Part shown: positions 26,109 through 38,730 of the stretch, in pieces
Position numbering within the stretch: position 1 is the first letter of the stretch
Layout: each line of letters begins with the position of its first letter
Assembly (NCBI RefSeq): GCF_018977255.1
Contig: NW_024704743.1
Span: 51,896,001 to 51,960,000, forward strand
Direction of reading: 5' to 3'
Origin: Callorhinchus milii
Lineage: Eukaryota
DNA length: 64,000 nt
Notes under the pieces: model-generated
What the model was told of the DNA's origin: nothing
What the model saw: the letters and a program-made list of their open reading frames with translations, nothing else
The model's database searches: none
Made by a program: the position numbers and the translations under genes

Positions 26109-26302
26109 GGGGAGAAATTCTGCTTGGGTCTAGGTTTACTCTACATAGCATTTTTATTTTTTGAAAACTGTTTTTCTATCTGCAAATTTCTTTTCATAAC
26201 AATCTCACTGCTAAGACCGAACTCAGCAATTTGCCAAATTCTGGACCCTCTGAAAAAACAAAATAAAACTGAATAAACCTCAACCCAGGTGGAATTTCTC
26301 CG
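26109..26302. mobile_element. MITE-like element with terminal inverted repeats
   Basis: ggagaaattctgcttgggtctaggttta (26111-26138) is inverted relative to taaacctcaacccaggtggaatttctcc (26274-26301). Confidence 0.65.
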
Positions 26303-27889
26303 CACTGGTACTTAACGAATCAATCTGTCAATCACAATTTTCGTCCAACCCAAACACCTTCAGCTGTTAACATGCAGCAAACAATTGAGCTCCCCTGTTT
26401 TTGCTAAAAAAAATTAGAACTTTTAATGTGTGCTTTCTACCTGCAATGCAACAAAACAATTTACATTGAAGCACATTTTGCAGCCTTGCAAAACTGGGAT
26501 TGAAAAAGTGATATTACGTTTTGGGATTCACCAACGGGGACTCAGAATTGCTTATGGGAAATCTAGCAGGTAACATTTAGTACATCGCCACCAACTTGTG
26601 ACAAGTCAGCAATCTACTTCCAGCGATTTGGATTAAGGATTCCGAATTTGCAAGGGCATGCTGCCAGCCATTGGCAGAATTCCCCCTTTTAGTGATTCCA
26701 AAATACTCTTCGTGAATCTCGTTGTAAACAGCTATTTTTTCAACCCCATTGCTGCTGTGCCCCAGCTCCACGTAACATTGATGACAAAAAACATGTAATA
26801 TACACTAAAGATAAGATGCACTCATTCAAAGGTTAAAATGTTCATATAATCCATTGACTAAAGCACAACAGATGTGTTGAGGATCTAAAATAAAATATTA
26901 AAGATCTATTTGTGTTACACAATACATGGTTTGATTATCTTCACCAGTTAACTGATGTTTAACTTGTTGTCTTTTCAACATCATTTTGTTTCATTCTGAG
27001 ATTTATTTGGTAGTATATGGCTACGATGTTTAAATTATCTTCTTACTTACAATGCTACTACTCAGATCTGCAGAAAGGGTTAAATGGAGGCTGCCTCTGT
27101 GACAGCTTTAAAATATGTTACATCAGAGGTGGTGTGACAGCACACACACACATACAGACATTGTCTGTGGAAAGTATCTTGCATGCTCACTTTCTTTGTG
27201 TTTCCAACATAGACAGTGACAACGGTGAAAAACAATTTGATTTGATGACCCCAGACATTTCATCCACTCATACATACACATCAATCTCCAAGCACATCTT
27301 CAGCGAATTTAGTAACATTTCCAGCCTCCAAATATTAAGTACTGATGTTCCAAATGCACATCTTCTGAATTAGGGGGTGATTTTGTGACATGGGCACAAC
27401 TCCACTTGGGATTAACCTGAAAATGCCAGAAGTCATTTCTCTCAATAACTGTTATCTAAATCAGGTGTTCTAGTGTCATCTCCCTCCCCCTAGGCTGGAT
27501 TTTTAATTCACTTACAGAGGTGGAGGATAATGGTTTACTGTCTCAGGCCATTATATCTCTTGGCAATTATTTTCTTAGAACCAAGGTTTGAGACTTATCA
27601 ACAGTGACAATTAGAAACATTGACTCGTATTTGTATAGCTCTCCTCAAGTAGTGAAATCTCTTGGAATGCTCTACAGAGATTATGCCTTAGGACAGTGCT
27701 TTGGGACATCCTCCTGATGTGAAAGGCGCTATACAAATGTAATCTTGTTGTTGTTGTTATAATACATGGCTAAGCTGGATGCTGATGGAGAAAGGCCAAG
27801 TTTATAAGGCTAGAAGGATGCTGTTTAAGAGAACCGATTCAGATGTGATGGGCTGAATGGCCTTCTTCTGTGGAGCAAATTTCTATGGT

Positions 27890-28560
27890 TTAGGAGGGAG
27901 GTGGCAGTAAGCATGGTTGAAGAGGTAAGGTTTTAGGCAGCTTTTTAACATAGACGGGGAGAATGAGACAGAGAGGTTGAGGGAGGGATCCCCAGAAAAT
28001 AGGGCAGAATGGCTGAAAGCTCAGCCACTGATTGCAGGTGGATGGTACAGGGGATGTACAGCAGGTTCCAGTTTGTCGAGCAGACTTGATGTCTCACAGG
28101 TAGGTGGTCAGAATATCAGTGGACCTGGTTTCAAGGGTAGGAGTGGAGAGGTACATTTTGAGTCATCTATATACATATGGAAACTAACTCCATGTTTGTG
28201 AATAATTTAAGGAGGAGCATTGAGGATGGAAAAGGAAAAACTGAGGTGACTGGTAAGGTTGAGAGGAGAAGCCATTGCAGGAAACAAAGTAGAGATGATG
28301 GGTCAAGCAAGATTGGAACCAGAAGAGTGCAGTCCCACAGAGGTGGATGAGATGATGACAGATAACATCATGGTGATGACATCATGATGACAGATTAGTT
28401 GATAATGCTAAAAGCAGCAGAGATTAAGAACAAGGAGGTTTTGTGTCTTCGAAGCAGGCGACCTTGGTACTATGGGTGGGACGGAAACTGGACTGAAAAG
28501 ACTCGAACAAGGAATGAAAGGAGATATGGGAACAAAGTTGGATAAATAGTGATAATTCTT
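27890..28560 (-). mobile_element. Decayed L2 fragments
   Basis: Purine-rich sequence colinear with the other L2 copies (gcatggttgaagagg..gggcagaatggctgaaagc). Confidence 0.6.
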
Positions 28561-29491
28561 ACATTGTTGAAGACTGAGCCAGTTCAAATTTAAAGAGTGG
28601 CCATGAATGAAACACTCCCCACCCTAGTTTTGGTGGAAGGATTGGGTCCAAAGCCCACGTGTCTTACCTAAGATTGAGCAAAGAATGCATTCTCCAAAGC
28701 GACACTGATATACTACTTTTCACAGCTGGCAACTCCAGTTGTCAGATACTGAATGCTTCAAATTTATACTGAACTGGGTGTGGCGAGGGAGGTCAACCCA
28801 GTCTTTAGTTCAGATGATCTGTAGTTATCAACGAACTTGTCTGCAAATTTCAATAATGTGATAATTATCACCATCACTGCCAATTCTCATATCACATGTT
28901 ACACTTTTTCCTCCAATATGACTGCCCAAGTGAATATTACACAGGAGCACAAAAACACAAGAATAGAACAGACCAGCAAAAGACAGTGTGTCCATCCAGC
29001 TAAAGTTAAAAAACATAGATTAAAAAAACTATAATTAAGAATTAAATAACCCTAAAGTACATCAGCTCTCATAACTTGTTATTGAAATACTCTCCAAAGA
29101 GCTGTCCTCAATTGTAGTGGGACAGAGCATTGCTTCACACCAGAGAAAACGATTGCTCAATTGCACTTACTAATATGGGGAATATGCTCTGCCAGTTTAT
29201 CCAGATTGTCAGCCAGCTGGCCTGCCATTTAGAAAACTCTTTAGATTTTTTATCTTTCTTTGCTCCGGGGAAAGCTTCCTGACATTGGTTAAGTAACGCT
29301 GCCATCTTGGCACTGCAACGCATTGAACTGTCTATAGAGACTTTGTTGATCCAATCGGCATTAAATGCCCAAATGAATAACTAGTCCAGAGGATAGAAAG
29401 GTAGGAACCCTTTTCATAGGATAAAGGTGGGGCATTCAAAGGTGTGTTTCTGAAGCACGTAGACCGGGTATTTTTTGCCAGCCTGTAGTCT

Positions 29492-29812
29492 TAATAATAA
29501 TAATAATAATAATAATCCTTGCATTTGATATAGCGCTTTTCACGTCAGGAGGACGTCCCAAAGCGCTTCACAGAACACACTGTAAAGTGAATTGACTATA
29601 TTTGTGGGCGAACGCGGCAGCCAATTGCACACAGCAGTGTCCCAAAACAGTCATAGATTGAAAATGACCAATTTATTATTGTTTTGTTTTGGATGGATTA
29701 TTATTAGGTGTGTGGAGTAAGGAAACTTGCCCAAGGTTTCGCCCTGCCTGGAATTGAACTCAGGACTCTTGCTTGCAAGGCGAGTGCTCTAACCACTGAG
29801 CCACAGGACTCC
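29492..29812 (-). mobile_element. SINE2-1_CM-like, short form, full length, with long (TAA)n tail
   Basis: Intact A/B-box head; near-identical to 13165-13483. Confidence 0.95.
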
Positions 29813-30091
29813 ACAATGTCTTAGATGATGCTGCCCAGAATGAAAGCAAAAGATAAATGCAAATTTTTGTTGTGCTGAACAAAAAGGAAGCAGCGTGCTC
29901 TGTACGTGTTACATCTGGTTTCATTTTTCTGAGAAAATCATCCAGATTTGTCAACATCGATCACAGCAATTCGAAGTCAGATGGGTCTGTCGCTCTTTAA
30001 AAAAAATGCCCCATGAACCTATTTTTTCTGGATGTAGGTGATAAAAATGTCTCCAGAACTTAAGAAAGCTTTTTTTTTAGCCGTGTGTTTT

Positions 30092-30205
30092 TAATAATAA
30101 TAATCCCTGCATTTGACATAGCGCTTTTCACGTCTTCTCAACGTCTCAAAGCGCTTCACAGAATAAACTGTAAAGTGAATTGACCGTATATTTGTAGACG
30201 AAACG
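30092..30205 (-). mobile_element. SINE 3' tail fragment
   Basis: Shared tail. Confidence 0.85.
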
Positions 30206-30399
30206 AAAGAACTCATTCACCATATTTAAGAGATCCCAGTTCCAGCTGCTGAGAACCTAAAGAAGTACAGACTGTGTTGTAAGTTCTGGAGTGATGAGGC
30301 CATTGTGCTCTTAATGGTCCAAAGGGAAGAGGGTGGATTTTTCTGTAGTGGTAATGCATCCATTTAAATCTTAGTCCTTCATCCACAAAGTACATGCAG

Positions 30400-30860
30400 T
30401 CGCATGCATTCAAAAGATTCAGAGGCTCGAGTTCAAAATTCTCGTCCGCACACCTTCAAGGCCCTCCATGGCTTTCCTACCTCTCCAACCTGCTAACCTC
30501 TTATCAATTGGTCTGCTCCCTCCGCTCAGCAGGCTCCAGTCTGCTCCATATCCCCTACCCGACCTACCCCACCATCGTCGGTCAGGCCTTCAGCCTCTCT
30601 GCCCCACCCTCTGGAACTGCATCCCACATTCCCTTCACCTCGCTCTCTCCCTTGCCATCTTCAAGGCATGCTTCAAGACACTCCTCTTTGACCATGCCTT
30701 CGGCCACTGTCCTGCCCTCCCTGCCCTCCACCCTGCCTGCTCCCACCCCCCCCCCCCCCCCCCCGCCACCCAACCCTCACCTCTACTCAGATCCTAATCC
30801 CTGACTGTTCAGCACCTTGGGATATCCTTCCATCGTGAAAGGAGCTTTACAAGTGTATTG
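30400..30860 (+). mobile_element. L2 3' end
   Basis: ORF fragments PTIVGQAFSLSAP, TLWNCIP and FKACFKTLLFDHAF; poly-C run; L2 tail. Confidence 0.9.
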
Positions 30861-30949
30861 TACAGTCACATCAGTTTACATTACATGCTTTGAAGCACTT
30901 TGAGACATCTTGATGACATGATTCGGCACTATATCAAATAGAATTATTT

Positions 30950-31267
30950 ATAATAATAATAATCCTTGCACATTTGATATAGCGCTTTTCATGTCTTCTA
31001 GATGTCTCAAAGCACTTCACAGAATATGCTGTAAAGTGAATTGACCGTATATTTATGGGCGAAATGCGGCAGCCAATTGCGCACAGCAATGTCCCACAAA
31101 CAGTCGTGGATTGAAAATGACCAATTTATTATGTTTTTTTGTTTTGGAGGGATTATTATTAGGCGTGTGGAGTAAGGAAACTTGCCCAAGGTTTTGCACT
31201 GCCTGGAATTGAACCCAGGTGTCTCGCTTGCAAGGCGAGTGCTCAAACCACTGAGCTACAGGACTCC
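30950..31267 (-). mobile_element. SINE2-1_CM-like, short form, full length
   Basis: Head rc ggagtcctgtagctcagtggtttgagcactcgccttgcaagcgagacacctgggttcaattcc. Confidence 0.95.
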
Positions 31268-31381
31268 ACAATATAAGGAGAGATAAGGAGGATTGAGGCA
31301 ATACTGTCATGGTAACCTATTTAGATGCTTCGAGCAAAGAACATGGTCAAAACTGCTGCCATTTTTTATTGTCAGGAGTAT

Positions 31382-31735
31382 TAATAATAATAATGATAAT
31401 AATCCTTGCATTTGATATAGCACTTTACCATGTCATTGAGATATCTAAAAGTGTTTCAAACGATATACATAAAGGGGATTGACTATGTATTTTGTGTGTT
31501 ATCTTTTATATCCTACTGAATCCACCCCACCCAAGTCTTCAGCCATTCTGCCCCTACTCTCTGAAACCCAGATTAAGACCTATTTTGTTGACCGGGTTTT
31601 TGGCTACCGCCCCAATCCTCCCCAATTCCTCCACATCAAATCCCTCTCCACCCCCAGCTTCGGCTCCAAGTCAGCTGTGTGAAGTTCTTTGAGACTGCCT
31701 TCCTAACGTGAAAGGCCCTATACAATTATTGTTTG
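31382..31735. mobile_element. SINE tail (minus, 31382-31495) plus L2 3' fragment (plus, 31520-31735)
   Basis: Shared tails. Confidence 0.65.
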
Positions 31736-32304
31736 GAGTATCTGAATTTCAGGTGCTTTTGGAAGCCGAATCTCAACTCAATGTCCCACTGAACCCAAAT
31801 CTTTATTGCTGGCATGAAACACGTTGAGATCTTACAGGATGTAGCGTAACTCAACAGGCATGCAATTACAGGCCTATTTTTTCCATGTGAGGTTTTATAT
31901 TTTGGTATTAAAAATGTTTCTAATTAACTGCAGAAAGCACGACTGATTTCTGCAGCCGTGAATGTTTTGTTGTTTTTGTTCTGGTAAACATGTTAATCCA
32001 GTTAGCAGTGATGACTATCCAGTAGTGTGATGCAACCCTCTTGTATCTGAACTTTAGCCACATATTCATGTCACTATTTTCTTGGGTCAGCCGAAACCCA
32101 TCACTCTGCTTAAGAATATTGCAACCAAATGAGTGTATTATGCAACCCATCTGTACATGAAAAATTCCATATAATGTAAGTTCCCATGCATTTCATATCT
32201 CTAAGATTGTGACATTGCACTAAGATTTGAGCATTGACTTGTTGATACAATTCCACTCTTTGCCGTTCCAGTAGAAATTTTCTGGTCTTAGCCGTAAGCC
32301 TATT

Positions 32305-32679
32305 GGAGTCCTGCAGCATAGTGGTTAGAGCACTTGCCACATAAAGCAAGAGGACCTAGGTTTGATTCCCAGGCAGGACAAAACATTGGGCAAGTTTCCT
32401 TACTCCAAATTCCTCTGTTTACCTGGCGGTAAGTAGGAATCCAGTTGTTAGTTGATTGGCAGATTGTTTTTTCTGGGGATAATAATCCCTTATGAAAATA
32501 ATAATAATTTGACCACTCAATACACGACTGTTTGTGGGACACTGCTGAGCGCAATTGACTACTGAGTTTTGGCCACAAAATATACAGTGAATTCACTGTA
32601 CAGTATTTTCTGTGAAGCGCTTTGAGGCATCTAGAAGGCGTGATAAGGCGCTATATCAAAGGCAAGGATTATTATTATT
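32305..32679 (+). mobile_element. SINE2-1_CM-like, long form, full length
   Basis: Head, CORE-like segment, extra block of about 60 bp, (ATT)n tail. Confidence 0.95.
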
Positions 32680-33992
32680 CTGCTAAAATTTAAGATCACG
32701 CAACAATTTAGAAATCTCTTATATTCAGAGTTAATTCAAAAACTTTCTTTCCATCTCAGATCTGAGGAAAACCAGCTTCCAGCTTCTACATGATTGTATG
32801 TTTAAAACAATGAAATTAAGGCTATGATCGTAAGACATTATTTGGCTTTAGATCCCCAGAAGGTGGTCATTACACACTGGTGATAGCTTTGTGCCACTAC
32901 ACTGGGGAGGGGGTGAGTGTTCTATATCAATTCCAGCCTCACCTCATCCCACTTGTCCAACCAACCTCCAACACAACCGCACCCATAAGCCAATACACCC
33001 AGCTTACTATTTGGAACAGCCAGTGAATGTTTGCATGTGTTCAATATACACAAACTTCACCCTGGAATTAGTAATACATACAAGACAAAGCTTACATTCA
33101 CTGAGAAATATTCGCTAACACACAGCTGCTTCTATTGCTACCACCCAGAATACAGCCTAAGGGGCTTTTGACAGGTTTATTAACACATGCCAGAGAAGTC
33201 AAGGTTTTGTTCTAATATCAACTGAGGCTGAGTTATCAGCAGTCATATATTTAATTAATAATGTTATTTAAAAAATTCTAAATGATCAAAGTAGAATTGT
33301 GCTTCTTAACACCTCGGAAAAGACTTTTATTTCTGAGTCTTTGGCTGAAAATGCAAACTGACTGGAGTATGTATCCCTTCTGTATGTAATACAGCAGCAG
33401 ATCAATAGCACTTTGCACCCAATCATTATTTCCCCATTACGAGGTTTAGCTTTTAATGCATTGTTTGCTCCCTCCTGACTTACAGATAAAATCCAAGCTG
33501 ACCAGAAAACACATTTCTTCCTCATTGAATTGACAGAGACTTCTCCAGTTGTGCTTCACCCTCCCTCAGCAGGGTGAAGATTTTTTTTTCTCGGTCACTG
33601 AAAACATATTTCATTTCAAATTGCTTCCTTTTTTTCCAGAAAGGAGGGCCGTACTTGGTAGAGATTGCCTTTCAATCAATGAAGCCAGTCAGTTAGAAAT
33701 GAAGACGAAAAAGTACACAGTGGAGGAAATTAGAACCTTATTGTTACCACAGTACTTGGAGGAGGGGAAGCACTTGTCCTGTTGTGTGCTGGACCAGCAA
33801 AACCACCTTCAATCCTTTCTTTCTCATTTAAACTGGCATAGATTTCACATGAAGCCAGCAGATCTGGGGCTGGCCTGGGTCAGTGAGTTTGCTACATCCC
33901 TTTACATTGGAGCCACTCCTGCCACTGTGACCTTTGAGCTATGTGGTTTAGCACTGCAATCTTTGCATTTTGATAATAATAACAATAATCCT

Positions 33993-34236
33993 TAATAATA
34001 ATAATCCTTGCATTTGATATAGTGCTTTTCATGTCTTCTAGATGTCTCAAAGCACTTCACAGAATAGACTGTAAAGTGAATTGACTGTATATTTGAGGGT
34101 GAAATGTGGCAACCAATTGTGCACAGCAGTATCCCACAAACAGTCGTGGTTTGAAGTAACCAATTTATTATTGGTTTATTTTCTTGAGGGATTGTTATCA
34201 TGCATGTGGAGTAAGGAAACTTACCCAAGGTTTCAA
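33993..34236 (-). mobile_element. SINE2-1_CM-like, short form, 5' truncated
   Basis: Family match. Confidence 0.9.
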
Positions 34237-35019
34237 CCACACATGATAGTAGGGATCTTCAAAAAGGGAAGAAACAAGACTCAGTAATGCTTTCATTTTA
34301 TAGACAGATGTCAGTTTCCCACCTCCGCCCCCTCCTCCCCCATCTATCATTAATATTATTCACCTCAGCCTAGGCTTCTTTAAAAAGGAGCATTTAAACC
34401 AGATGACATTTGTAGCTGGATATCATCACCATTCATGAAACTTTACTCCAGATATGTTGGACAATTTAGAATGTGTTTCTGTTATGTTTGTAATTGTTAC
34501 ATGGAATTGAAATGCTAGCTGTTTTCATTATATAATTGCAGTGCTCCGACATGGCTGATTTAAGCAATGGCATGGCTATGCTTGCTGTGTATTAGAGCCC
34601 TGAGGGAAGACTGAAGGGATAGCAGGAAGGACAAGTCCTTCAATTGCAGGTTGTACCTTATAAGCAGTATCTCTGTTACTGACAAAAGTAACATCTGGAG
34701 CACTGGTGCTTGAAAGTGAGAGTTCAACTTGTTCCAAAATAATAGGATTATATTTTCCTTTTATGACCAAATCCCTAAAATATGTAAATTAAATCCCTTT
34801 CAAATGATAGTTTTGGACATCACTGAAGCAGTATTGGGTCATCCAAACTTTCTGGATTGAAATGTTTTCTAGATAAATTATGGTGCAAACACTTGTATTT
34901 TATTATAATAGATGTACTGACATCGATCAAGGCAGCAAGGCTTAATTTATAATGATTGGATTATTCTCGGTCAGCTGCCTCCTAAAGTGTAAACACATTT
35001 CAAGAGCTCAAATAAGAAA

Positions 35020-35310
35020 TCTCAAGAGAGGTTTGGATGAAGAAGGTCCTTCGGTTCATTTGTCTTCATCTTTCCAGAGAACCCATCCTCCCATCACAAC
35101 ATAAAGCTGTTAATTGAGTCCAGGATCCTGGCTCCAACCACGCTTCCTAGTAACCCATTCCAGTTATTAATTACCCTCTGGGTAAAGATGTAATTTCCAG
35201 TGTGTGTCCTGAAATTGCCCTGTGCAACCTTCAACCTGTAACCTCTCATTCTGCTCTCTTGCATAACTAGAAGTAGTGGTCTGAGTTTACTTTCTCATTT
35301 CAAACATTTC
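35020..35310 (-). mobile_element. CR1 3' fragment
   Basis: gaagaaggtccttcggttcat tail; ttccagttattaattaccctctgggtaaag; gcaaccttcaacctgtaacctct. Confidence 0.7.
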
Positions 35311-36414
35311 TATACCTTGCATTTATTAACAGTGTTTATTATTTCCTTTAATATATTGCAAAATACTTGGGAATTTCATGTTGGAAAATTGCAATAATTT
35401 CATCTAAGGCTGGGAAAAGCACAGTACTATTTGACTTATAGGATAGGTATCCAATATTAAGTTTGAAAGGGGTGGTTAGGAGTTGTAATGTATTGTACAG
35501 TATTCCCCAGTTGTATGAGAAAATTATAACAACCTCACAAAGAACTTAAATTCTAAACCAAACTATCCTTGCTCTCAAAGCAATGCTTTTCCATTGGCTG
35601 TCCTCTCCAGAACAAATGTCGATTATTGCCAGTGTGTGCTAAAATCAAGAAAGCACTGTTATGTTTAATCCAAGGTTTGGGAACAGTTGAGGGGGTGGGG
35701 ATTGCAATATATGATGTGATAATTATGATATGTGGAGATGTCCCATGTTAACCAGCTGGAACTCTGGTCTAGTGATCTACTTTTGGAGTGGAGCATGTGT
35801 GGGTCAAACAGAATTCTAATGGGATGTCTTATTAAGGAGGGGAAAAAAAGGGCAAAGTAAATGAAAAGCTGAAGAGAAACTCAGAGAAGGGGGTATCCCT
35901 CTAACTGGCAGCCGCAATCCATGATCCACCAACCAGATGTTCAAATTTTGTTTTCACAAATGACTCAATTGAGAATGGGAGGGGGAAATGCTGCCTTTTA
36001 AAAAAAAACTTTATTGTGCAAAATATCAACTGATTCTTAAATAACCTTCAATTTCCCAATCTGTACATTACACAAATTAAAATAATTAACATGATGCAAT
36101 ATTACATCCGGTTAAAATTAGTCAAAATAACATATCTTTGCTAGTGATGAGTCCATGAGGGATATGAAAATACATAGAATTATAAGTGTATGCTTGTATT
36201 GTGGATATGGGGAAACAGAAAGGAAATCATACAGATATTAAGGGCTATCTACATGTGTAAGCAGAGTTTCCTTGGAGCTAAACTGGTTCCAAGGTGACAT
36301 GCCTGGCAACGGAATGTTGGAATCGAGCCAACCCACTTTGGTGGTCTCGGTAGTCCCGTTCCTAAGACAGACAGTTCTGTAGTATTCCAGGGCACTGCTG
36401 ATAATATCACAGCC

Positions 36415-37562
36415 ATCCTGGCTCATCGGCAGAACGTGGAGGCAGGGAGTCATCCCACTCAGCTCCTGTTAACCGTGCAAGCCAAAGCCCTAACGGGCAG
36501 TGTGGTCCTAGCTGGGCAAGCAGCAGGAAGGCTTGCCAGACAGAAGTATCAATGGCAAACTATATGGGGTTAGCTGATTAGACTCCAGCCATACCCCAAC
36601 GCATACTCTGGAGTTCCTAAGCCTTGACTCTTGCCAACATGCGCCTAATACTTTCCAAAATTAGGTAAGCAGGATGCATCCCTCCAGGTAGAGAGTGCAC
36701 ATTCCATGCCAACAATCTATCTCTGGGATGTCTATGTTTAGGTGGGATGCATGGAAATCGCAGCTTTGTTTGGATACCTTTAAGCATGGTGATGGGTTTC
36801 CATATGTGTCAGACATCCAGCTGACCAAAAAAAAATCTATTTGTGTTAAAAATTAGTGCTTCAAATGTTTTCCTTTATACTATATAAGAAGTTGTTATTT
36901 TCTGATGGATTGTGTTGGGGAATAGTAAATCTGTGCTGGAGATGGTGCTGTTTGCTACAGTTTGTCTCAGATTTAGATTCATAAATTTGCTACATTCTGC
37001 CCCATCCCTTGTCCAGCAAAAGATCCAGAAAACTTGTAAGAAATCTCTTCCTCTGTGATTATTTTGCACTGAGGTGCACAGTGAGTAAATATCAGTGTAA
37101 ATATAATAAGGAAGTAGCCTCCATTGAAAGTCTTACAGAATGAATAGCACAGCATTAAGTGAACAGTCATTGCAAACCAAGTCAACAGCAACCATAGCCT
37201 CTCACCAGGAGCTCTGACCTCATCAAACTATTACTATTTGACCTCCAGCGTTTCACAACAAAAGCATTTCATATGTGTTCTTTTCCCTTTACTAGCCTTT
37301 ATTCTTAGGTTCATCTGTTCGCCTCAAAGCAGTCCAGCCAGCTTATCGGCAGGACTTAGAGTAGAGGACCAATGGGTGGAGGATGGCATTCTTCCCATTT
37401 GGCTCCTGTTAGCCATGCAAGACAAAGCCATGTTAGGTGGAAAACCAATGCCAATGTTTTCCATGGCAAACTGCTCAGTTATTGCTGGTTGAACTCCAGA
37501 AGTATCCCAAAGCACACGCTGGAGTCTGGAATCCTTGGCTCTTGCCAACTTGCGCCTAAACT
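36415..37562 (+). repeat. Two diverged copies of an unclassified element of about 230 bp (36415-36655 and 37335-37562)
   Basis: Shared anchors atcggcag, gctcctgtta, tgcaagNcaaagcc, atggcaaact, ctggagt, ctcttgccaacNtgcgcctaa. Confidence 0.75.
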
Positions 37563-37597
37563 CTTTGGGATTATGTAATCAGATTGTCTCCTGGTAT

Positions 37598-38000
37598 GTG
37601 TCAACTTGGCTCAGTTGGTAGCACTCTCACCTCTCAGATAGAAGGGGTGGGTTCAAGCACCATATCAGGACTTTGAATTCATATAGTCTAAGCTGCCAGT
37701 CCAATGTTGTGCTGGGGTGTACTGCATGGTTTAAGGCACTATGTAAAAAGAGAAGGAAGTTTTTCCAGGTGTCCTGCCTGGCCAACAATTCCCCACCCGC
37801 CTCCTCCCCCCCTCAAAAAAAATATTGGTTATTTATTTTATGGTTATTTGAGGTACATTGTTCTGCCCAAATTGACTGTCATGTTCACTTACAGCATACA
37901 CAGTCACTACACTACACTTATGGTATATCCTGTAAAGTACTTTGAGGTGTCCTTCTAATGTGAAACATGCTATATGAACTGTAATGATTATTATTATCGT
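37598..38000 (+). mobile_element. Deu-type SINE with most of the Deu domain deleted
   Basis: Head gtgtcaacttggctcagttggtagcactctcacctc joins almost directly to the 3' body. Confidence 0.8.
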
Positions 38001-38519
38001 TATTAATATTGAGAAAGTGTGAACTCCATACCAGACAAATAGAAACAAAATAGTCACAACCCTATCATTTGGGTCCAATATATCATAATCTGCATCATAA
38101 AAAAATCCTTACCTCCCCTACCCCTGTCTCATCGTATGATTGGTAGAATTGGCCATAATTTGCCTATAAAATACATATTGACTTCACTTTCCTGTAAATC
38201 CATCAAGTGCTTTGACATGTCCTCCCGACATGAAAGGCGTTATATCAATTGGACGGATTATTAAGATTATTTATTATTATACGATGTGACATCACTTCCA
38301 TCAATAAAGTACTTCAGGATTCATGTTGCTCACTCTCAATCGCTCTTATCCGGAGGGCTAAGCAAAAACTGCACACATATAGATTGTTTTGAAATCTCTA
38401 AAATTGTTATGGATACTTAATGTAAAGGTAAAAATTCAATCTTAGACATTTTCATTTTGGTCAACAGCAGCCACCTCGACCAATGTTTCAAACAACCATT
38501 TCACATTATGCCAGACACC

Positions 38520-38730
38520 TATACAATACAAATAACATGTATATGGTGCCTTTCACAACAGGAGAATGGCCAAGGAACAATCCAGGGCTTACACCTGAGC
38601 TGGATGGGGTCTGAGGGGAGAAGGGGACAAAGTGATGGGGTGGGTTAGGGGGAAAATGGCCAAAACTTTGGTCACAGAGGAAGGTCTTGAGACAGACCTT
38701 GAAAGAGATGAGGGGAAGGGCAAGTCGAAG
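38520..38730 (-). mobile_element. L2 3' fragment
   Basis: ggtcacagaggaaggtcttgagacagaccttgaa. Confidence 0.65.

Noticed and set aside
27371..27492. TAGGGGG..CCCCCTA terminal inverted pair
   Set aside because: Only about 7 bp of clear complementarity; too weak to call a MITE.
31195..31267. tRNA-Ala(TGC)-like sequence with A and B boxes
   Set aside because: It is the head of a multi-copy SINE and continues into the SINE body; not a tRNA gene.
33549..33995. Longest ORF (148 aa)
   Set aside because: Non-ATG start, no recognisable domain, and it ends in a (TAA)n/SINE tail.
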